Assembly: GCA_951406725.2 (NCBI GenBank)
Contig: OX597820.1
Coordinates: 76,322,001-76,386,000 of the forward strand
Direction: 5' to 3'
Length of the DNA: 64,000 nucleotides
Source of the DNA: Octopus vulgaris
Taxonomy: Eukaryota
Shown here in pieces: positions 55,273-64,000 of the stretch. How positions within the stretch are numbered: the stretch's first letter is position 1; every line of letters begins with the position of its first letter. The notes under the pieces were generated by a model that was not told the DNA's origin, did no database searches, and saw nothing but the letters and a program-made list of their open reading frames with translations. The translations under genes were made by a program, and so were the position numbers.

Positions 55273-55803
55273 CAGGATGCTCGAAACGTCTCTCCGCAGT
55301 AAGTATTTTATTGCACAATAAATATTTATAAGACGGTATAAGACAATAAAAGAATATATTAGACTTTACAAGACTTTAAAAAACTTTATAAGAGGTGTTG
55401 AAAGTATCGTCTTTCATTTTCAACATATTAGCTGAATCTTCTACATGTTTTGAAATACATATTGGAGAGTCTGAGGCAGTATGGACCGTGCGAAGATTAT
55501 CATTGCGTATTTTAGCTCATTAATGGTTTTCGGGTGACTCTTGTACCCCAGACAAATAAGTCTGGTGGTGTTAAATCAGGTGATCTTGGTGGCCAAAAAC
55601 CTCTCGAAATAATCCTTTCATCAAAAATCTCTTGAATTAGCGCCATGGTGATATGCGAAGTATGTGTGGTAGCTCCATCTTGCTGAAAGTATGCATTGTT
55701 AATTTCAATTTCAGCTGACACCCGGCCGCCAACTCGGAGATAGCCAAGTTGCGCATGCGCAAGAAGAAAAGATTCACTGTAGAGAGACTTTTTGAACACC
55801 CTG
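55273..55803 (-). mobile_element. Internally deleted rosa/Tc3-like Tc1/mariner element
   Basis: Imperfect TIRs CAGG(A/G)TG(C/T)TC(G/A)AA(C/A)GTCTCTC; FQQDGATTH...WPPRSPDLTPPDLFVWG with 38 aa between the Ds. Confidence 0.8.
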
Positions 55804-56930
55804 TACTTATAAAGAAAGAAATCTTTATAGTCACTATAAAATTACTTTCGATTACATGTCTACTAAATCAAGGCTTAATTCTTCTAAACAAGAACATCAT
55901 CATCATCAACAGCAAGAACAACAACAATGAATGTTACATTTTTCGGATTTCCTATAAAAAAGGGGGTGGGGAATGACTAGCAGAATTAAGAATTTACCAT
56001 TTGGTATTCTAGATCGAAATCGGCAACTGTTTTCTGTAACTTTGGTTATAAGTTCAAGTTTTAACAAGAAGATTTGCAGCCAAGCAGACTGAGCTGTGAT
56101 TTTATTTTGAATTTAGATTTTATATCGTTTTGTTATTCTTGTTCGACCCAATATCACCTCTGGTTGAATAGACTCTGATAAAAGGAATCTGAGACCAAAC
56201 AAATTTCAGTTTTGATCATCCAATTTTGTCTTATACACTGGGATCTCAAAATCACATCTACCAGCATGATATCATTTTAAGTGATAGCACATGACATGAG
56301 AGCGATTTGACTTCTATTTCTAGGTTACTGAATGATCACGTTGAGGCTTCCCTCATTGACTCGAAATTTAAAGTTGAAAAATCGGAGAGAAATATAGCGT
56401 GAGTACATCTGAATTCTTTACACTAGTTCATATTTTCATTGCGAGGAATATAAAAAAAATAACCGTAAGCGTATTCATATTACAGAGTCAGATTAACTAA
56501 TAATGCTGTCTTGTGGGCCGATAATTAGTGATTAATTAATAACGTTGCGGACGAATGCTAGACAGGAAAATTTGTCTGGTTATTTTGAGTGTGTGCTAGT
56601 TAATGATTAATTAAATATCTATTAAGCTATAGCGATTGCAGCTTGGATGACAAATTACCATTCAAAAACACACAAAGACCGTTAACAACACTTTGCTATG
56701 CAACTGCGTATCCGTATTTCTGAATAGAAACTGAGGGTAGGTACCCTTTAAAATATGAACAACAAGTCGTGAAACAGGTGTATAGTTTTTCCGTTTATTT
56801 TTCTGAATATCAACAACACTAATTCGAGGTAATTGTATTACTTAAAAACTATAGTTATATGTCAAGATTAATTTTGTCTCTCTAAATTACTCTCTTACAC
56901 ACGTATATTTACACACACAGACACACACAA

Positions 56931-56985
<55 letters not shown>

Positions 56986-57591
56986 AAAGAAAAGTCACTA
57001 TATGCGACGGTAATCTCACCAGGATAGCCCCTTTCCTGAACAGGAAATCTGAATACACATACAACACGAACTCCGCACACAGAAGAAATACGCCCCAATG
57101 ACGAACTACTTCAGCATACACGTATAAGAACACCATTCCCAAAACAAAAACAAAATAATGCGAACAAATTGGCCACACAGAAATTTACCCGAAACACAGA
57201 TCCAAGGGAGACAAATATTCAAAAGATGCCACGCAAGTATAACGAGCATTCATTCATTGATTCATTGTTTTATTCACGTGAATTCACGAGAATATCCGCG
57301 AACTAAACGAGGTTTTTACCAAAATGGAGACGAACACCTTTCCCGATGTGATTGACTTGCAAAATAGTTAAGACACCAGGATATTTTCCTCCTTTTTTTT
57401 AAACATGAAACCAATGGTAGCCTTAATTCACAAGTAAAGAAATTATATCCACCAATGCGATGTTGTGCACTCATTTTCATCGTTCGACATATATTTCGTT
57501 TTTGTATAGGCTGTTATGTAGACGTATATATATGTATGTGTATATATATATATACATATATATACATATATATATATATATATTTATATAT

Positions 57592-57637
<46 letters not shown>

Positions 57638-57671
57638 GTATATATACATGTATGTATATGTATATATATAT

Positions 57672-58160
57672 GTAAACTTAGATAAACTTAGATATGTTTC
57701 GACCAAAGATTGGTCCATGCCATGTCTAACTTAATAGCACCACCTGATAGGATTATTTGAATCCTGTTTAAGTCAAGTTTTGTTCAAGTAGTGAGTTCTT
57801 GTTGGGTGAGTTGTATCCAATTATGGGTGGCTTATCTGGTATTCTTTGAAGGAATCTATCCAGACTCTGTTTAAAGTTGATGGGATCCTTTTCCTCTTTG
57901 ATCTCCTCGGAACAATGTTAAATAGGGCAGGGCCTGTTGAGGAAAAGAAATTATGTTGCAGTGTACATGTATGTTGTGATCTTGAATTGGGCAGGGGACG
58001 TATAGCCCGTGGTCCAAGTCTTGGATGGGCCTTGAAGCTAATGTTTAGGTCGTTTGGGCAAAGTTGGCGGTATATTTTCCGCATCGTACAAATGATGTAC
58101 CGCTCACGGCGACGCTGGGGGGAGTAAAGTTTCAAGCCTTTAAGGCGATCCCAATAATCT
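57672..58160 (-). mobile_element. CR1-group LINE 3' fragment
   Basis: YWDRLKGLKLYSPQRRRERYIIC..HPRLG..GPALFNIVP; tail (TATCTAAGTT)2. Confidence 0.85.
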
Positions 58161-58183
58161 ATGTATATATATGCATATATATG

Positions 58184-58240
<57 letters not shown>

Positions 58241-58455
58241 ATGTATATATATAAATATGTTTGTGTGTATATATATGTGTGTATGTGTCTGTGTGTGTAG
58301 GTAAATGGATATGTAAGTAAATAGATAAACAGATAGAGACATAGGTAATACGGACAGACAAGCACATACACACACATACAAACAAACACACAAACATGAA
58401 CACACAAACACATGAATGTGCAGTATACATACATACACACAAACGTACACACAGG

Positions 58456-58505
<50 letters not shown>

Positions 58506-58538
58506 TACACACACAGAACATACATGCATACACACATA

Positions 58539-59738
58539 CGAGGGGCGTTCAATAAGTAATGCCCCTGACCCACTTCCCATAGCAGTAGAGCAACGAAACT
58601 TGGCACAGTTATTAGTCTTTTTCTACATAGGAAGCATACAGAGTTACGCATTTCTCCCATCCTTTGATGCAGCTCTGAAGACTGATTTTGTAGAAGACCC
58701 AGCTTGGTCCTCCAACCACGACGTGACTTCAGAAATCAAGGCTGCATCATCTGGGAAACGCTTTCCTTTCAAAAACAACTTCATGGCTGGGAAGAGGTGA
58801 AAATCAGAGGTGCAAGGTGAGGAGAGTAGGGGGATGGGGGAGGAGTTCATAGCCGCACGCCTGTGCTTCTGATCTGGTGACACGCGAGTTGTGGACCGGG
58901 GCGTTGTCCTGCAGGAGGAGGATGCCTTTGCTGATCTTGCTCCGCCTCTTGATTTTGATAGCTTGTCTTAATTTCCTCAAAAGTGAAGCATAATAGGCTC
59001 CTGCAATTGTGGTACCCTTTGCCAGGAAATCTGTCATCACTACTCCGTCCTGTTCCCCAAAAACTGTGAGCATGACCTTGCCAGCGGAGGGTTGCACCCT
59101 TGCCTTCTTTGGAGGGGGTGAGTCACGGTGCTTCCACTGCATTGACTGGGCTTTGGTCTCTGGATCATAGTAATGGACCCAGGTTTCATCCTGTGTAATC
59201 AATTTTTTTGAAAAATTTTGACTCATCTTCTTGGCACATCTCCAAATTCACCCTCGAGCACACAACGCGTTCTTGCTTCTGGAAAGGCGTGAGCAACCTG
59301 GGAATCCATCTGGCAGACACCTTTTGCATATGCAAATGGTCATGAATGATAGTTTCCACAGACCCGGTACTAATCTTGACCTCATGGGCTATTTGGCGAA
59401 TAGTTATGCGTCGATCTTCCAAAATGGCAGCCTCAACTTGACGGACAGATGCCTCCTCAATGACAGAAGGAGGGCGACCAGATCTGGAAGCTGTTTCCAC
59501 AGAGTTCCGACCATGTTTGAATTCACGATGCCAGCGCTTTACAAGGTCATATGATGGGGCATCATCACCATAAGTTACTTTCATTTCATCAAAAGTCTCC
59601 CGTGGTGTGCGTCCTTTCAAATACAAAAACCGGATTGCCACTTAATCTATAGAGATATAAATAATTGCACATGAAAAATTTCAGCTAGATCAAACATCTG
59701 CAAGTGGGTCAGGGGCATTACTTATTGAACGTCCCTCG
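58539..59738 (-). mobile_element. Mariner, second copy of the 42.7-kb family, with 5' deletion
   Basis: Same TIRs and TA TSD; lacks the segment equivalent to 42821-42911, including the ATG; frameshifted transposase. Confidence 0.95.
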
Positions 59739-59952
59739 TATGAATGCATACATACTTATGTGTGTACACATGTACACTGAAGCACACACATGCGCACAAA
59801 CAACGGACATAGTCAACAGCTATAGAAAATTTTGCCAGACGCAAATATAATTTTAGAGAAAAAATAAATAAGTAAATGAGCGGAAATCGAACCGAAGAGT
59901 GTGTTAAATAATGTCACTAAAATGGAATGACTCTCCCAGGCACAGTATATAT

Positions 59953-60020
<68 letters not shown>

Positions 60021-60314
60021 ACATATATATATATTTATACGTATATACATATGTGTATATATATATGTATGTATATATATATATGTATATATATATGTAT
60101 ATATACACATGTATATCGCTCTCTCTATATATAAAGACAGAGAGAGAGAGAGAGCGAGAGAGATACATACAAATGCACACTCACGCTCGCACAATCACCT
60201 ACACATTTACACATGCGTACTCCTCATATGAACCACACCTGTCATTCATAATCGAATACAGCTTAGTAGCATGTATAACTCCTCCGCTATTTGGATTAGG
60301 CGTCTGTGTACTTG

Positions 60315-61971
60315 TTTATCTCTTTCGGGACTCCTCTTTGATCTCTTTCGGTACCCCCCACCTTTGATCTCTGTCGGCACCCCCTTTGATCTCTTTCGGC
60401 ATCCCTTTGATCTCTTTCGGCACCCCCTTTGATCTATGTCGGCACCCTCTTCGATCTCTGTCGGCCCCCCTTTGATCTCTGTCGGCACCCTTTTTGATCT
60501 TTGTCGGCACCCCCTTTGATCTATGTCGGCACCCTCTTTGATCTCTGTCGGCCCCCCTTTGATCTCTGTCGGCACCCTTTTTATCTCTGTCGGCACCACC
60601 TTTGATCACTGTCGGCCCCCTTTGATCTCTGTCGGCACCCTCTTTATCTCTGTCGGCACCACCTTTGATCTCTGTCGGCCCCCCTTTGATCTCTGTCGGC
60701 ACCCTTTTTATCTCTGTCGGCACCACCTTTGATCTCTGTCGGCCCCCCTTTGATCTCTGTCGGCACCCCCTTTGATCTATGTCGGCACCCTCTTTGATCT
60801 ATGTCGGCACCCTTTTTTATCTCTGTCGGCACCCCCTTTGATCTCTGTCGGCCCCCCTTTGATCTCTGTCGGCACCCCCTTTGATCTATGTCGGCACCCT
60901 CTTTGATCTATGTCGGCACCCCCTTTGATCTCTTTCGGCCCACTTTTTTGATCTCTGTCGGCCCCCCTTTGATCTCTTTCGGCACCCCCTTTGATGTCTG
61001 TCGGCACCCTCTTTGATCTCTGCCCCCCTTGATGTCTGTCGGCACCCTCTTTGATCTCTGTCGGCACCCCATTTGATCTCTGTCGGCACCCTCTTTGATC
61101 TCTGTCGGCACCCCATTTGATCTCTGTCGGCACCCTCTTTGATCTATGTCGGCACCCTCTTTGATCTCTGTCGGCACCCCATTTGATCTCTGTCGGCACC
61201 CTCTTTGATCTCTGTCGGTCCCCTTTGATCTCTGTCGGCACCCTCTTTGATCTTTGTCGGCACCCTCTTTGATCTCTGTCGGCACCCCCTTTGATCTCTT
61301 TCGGCCCACTTTTTTGATCTCTGCCGGCACCCCTTTGATCTCTGTCGGCACCTTCTTTCATCTATGTCGGCACCCTCTTTGATCTATGTCGGCACCCTCT
61401 TTGATCTCTGTCGGCACCCTCTTTGATCTCTGTCGGTACCCACTTTGATCTCTGTCGGCCCCCCTTTGATCTCTGTCGGCACCCTCTTTGATCTCTGTCG
61501 GCCCCCTTTGATCTCTGTCGGCACCCTCTTTGATGTATGTCGGCCCCTTTGATCTCTGTCGGCACCCTCTTTGATCTATGTTGGCACCCTCTTTGATCTC
61601 TGCCCCCCTTTGATGTCTGTCGGCACCCTCTTTGATCTATGTCGGTACCCTCTTTGATCTCTGCCCCCCTTTGATGTCTTTCGGCACCCTCTTTGATCTC
61701 TGTCGGCACCCCATTTGATCTCTGTCGGCACACTCTTTGATCTCTTTCGGCATCCCCTTTGATCTCTTTCGGCACCCCTTTGATCTCTGTCGGCACCCTC
61801 TTTGATCTCTTTCGGCACTCCCTTTGATCTATTTCGGCACCCTCTTTTATCGCTTTCGGCACCCTTTTTGATCTCTTTCGGCACCCTCTTTGATTTCTTT
61901 CGGGACTCCTCTTTGATTTCTTTCGGCACCCACTTTGATCTCTGTCAAGATCCTCTTTGATCTCTTTCGGC
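60315..61971. repeat. About 22-bp GC-rich tandem satellite, roughly 75 units
   Basis: Consensus GATCTCTGTCGGCACCCTCTTT, units mostly 20-23 bp, no unique spacers. Confidence 0.95.
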
Positions 61972-62214
61972 AGGGTTAGGGTTAGTGTTAGGGTTAAGGT
62001 ACGCGTTAGGGTTAGGGTTAGATTTAGGGTTAGGTTTAGGCATAAGGTTAGGGTTAGGCTTAGTGTTATGATTAGGGTTTGGGTTAGGGTTAAGTGTTTG
62101 GGTTAGGGGTAGGGTTGGGTTAGGGGTAGGGGTAGGGTTAGGGGTTAGGGGTTGGGGTTAGAGGCTAGGGTTAAGTTTAGGGTTAGGGTTGGGGGTTAGT
62201 GTTAGCGTCAGGTT
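61972..62214 (+). repeat. Degenerate interstitial (TTAGGG)n array
   Basis: About 40 hexamers (TTAGGG, TTAGTG, TTTAGG, TAGGGG variants), directly abutting the satellite. Confidence 0.9.
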
Positions 62215-62535
62215 CACACACACACACACACACATACACACACACAAATCCTCTCTCTCTCGGCTTTCCAACCTTTCTTTCAGCGAAACATCGGGGATGT
62301 GAAACCTGGAAGCAAAGATTGGTACACCAGCATTTAGCTGGTAATCATTATCAGCTCAGTCTACTGAAGCAACTCGAAATTTAGTACTCTGCTAAAGAAC
62401 ACAACATACCTCCCATTCCTGTTAGCAAACCTATAAAGCTAGGATCATAGTCTCAATATCATAAACACTAAACCTATACGCAAAATCAAGCACAAATGCA
62501 CGCAAACCCTCAACACAGAACCGCACACATTATTT

Positions 62536-62935
62536 TATTATCTTATGCGTTTCAGCCCCAAGGCTGTGGCCATGCTAGAGCACCACCAATGCAATCACCT
62601 TTTCAATGGCTAACCTTATGCGATTGGCTTTTGGTGAAAGGGGGAGTTAGACACTGCTTCCCTCTTTTAAGTTTCCTGCCGTCACATAGGTTGATCTGGA
62701 AACCTGGAGAGCAGGAGTTCAAGTCGTTTCTAGAAATCATCTACCACTGCCGCATGGAGATTCCTCAGATGTTTTGGCATGACGTTAAATAACTGTGGGC
62801 GCTTGAACTCCAAGTCATTGCAGTACATGGGCTTCACACTAAATGGGGACAGCTGGAACCTTTGCAACAGCGCAGTGATGTCCAGTTCGGCGCCTGGTAT
62901 TTCTTTAAAACTGGAGTTTCATATCAAAATGTTTT
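62536..62935 (-). mobile_element. CR1-group LINE 3' fragment sharing its tail with family A SINE
   Basis: FKRPQLFNVMPKHLRNL..VDDF*KRLELLLSRFPDQP..EAVSNS, then GGTGGTGCTCTAGCATGGCCACAGCCTTGGGGCTGAAAC. Confidence 0.8.
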
Positions 62936-63216
62936 TTGCTTCTACAACTTACTCTCTCACACGTGTATTTTGAATTTTTCGTTTTAGTTTCAGGTTTCCA
63001 TGTGCGAGTAGTATATAAGCTTTAGTTTCTATACAGAAGATTGTATCTATTAGTGCTTATACGCAGATGCATACGCACGCACACACACACACACACGCAC
63101 ACGCACACACACACACGCACGCACGCACACATACACACATATACGCCTGCTCTCACACATGTGTTTATGTGTATGTATGTATATATATGTATATATATGC
63201 ACATATGCACGGGCGT

Positions 63217-63253
<37 letters not shown>

Positions 63254-63867
63254 TTGCATTTGCGTATATATATATATATATACACGTGCATGTGCATGTC
63301 TGGGTATATATGTTCGTGCATGTCTATATATATATGTGTGTGTGTGTGCATGTGTATGTGCGTGTGGGTGTGCATAGTATACACACACACACATATAGAC
63401 ACATACGTAAATTTACACATACAAACACATAACCTTCACACATAAACATACTTATACTACGCACACAGACTCGCACACACACACATAAACTCACATACAC
63501 TCACATACACACACACCAGCATCCATGTCATCTATCTTCAAAGAACTACCGCTGAGCTTTCAGCGTGAGCTTAACTAAATGTTTATTTCTTGAAATATTC
63601 CGTGTTTGTTTATGCCTCCTCTTCTGTATATTGTATCTCTGGGTTGGACTACTTCCACTTTGAGGCCGTGTATTTTGTTTAGTGTCGTAGTTTATGTATC
63701 GTTGAAGGTTTGAAATCCTAAGTGTTTATTTATCTACATGACTTCGCACCATGTTTGACATGAATCTATTGCGAATCAGTTCTGGCTTTCGTTTTTTATA
63801 TCATGCAGTTTTATTAAGAAAAATGGAATGAATACATTTCAAATAAGATGTTGATAATATTATGAAG

Positions 63868-63920
<53 letters not shown>

Positions 63921-64000
63921 AATAAGAAAACAGAGAGGATATAAAATCGACAGACATCAGCCGCTAAACATTCTAGTATGTCTATTTATTCAAATGTGTT

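Noticed and set aside
60315-61971. CRISPR-like array or repeat protein ([14 protein letters not shown] ORFs)
   Set aside because: Units are contiguous with no unique spacers and no cas genes; the ORFs arise from a stop-poor unit whose length is not a multiple of three.

Overview
Repeat-saturated, AT-rich animal DNA with no recognisable host protein-coding gene. The SINE families, the extreme microsatellite load and the TTAGGG repeats point to a coleoid cephalopod, most likely Octopus (inferred from family recognition, not a database search). Nearly all ORFs in the track are microsatellite artefacts. Transposons present: tRNA-derived SINEs (CORE-type, Meta-type and Nin/Deu-type); two irritans-like mariners in inverted orientation (42717-44007, 58539-59738); maT/DD37D and rosa-like Tc1/mariner relics; hAT and mariner MITEs; CR1-group and RTE LINE 3' fragments; and six R4/Dong restriction-like-endonuclease retrotransposon 3' ends associated with (TAA)n. 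There is also a probable nad4 NUMT and a 22-bp satellite fused to a degenerate telomeric array. The most striking unannotated signal is a set of about ten minimal type-I hammerhead ribozyme motifs in short non-coding Penelope-like/retrozyme-like elements. They include C3-G8, U3-A8 and G3-C8 covariants of the catalytic tertiary pair, a 563-bp tandem unit with one hammerhead per unit, and a tRNA-headed hammerhead element whose internal (AAT)n tract has taken three different Dong insertions. All structures were folded by eye and none has been tested.
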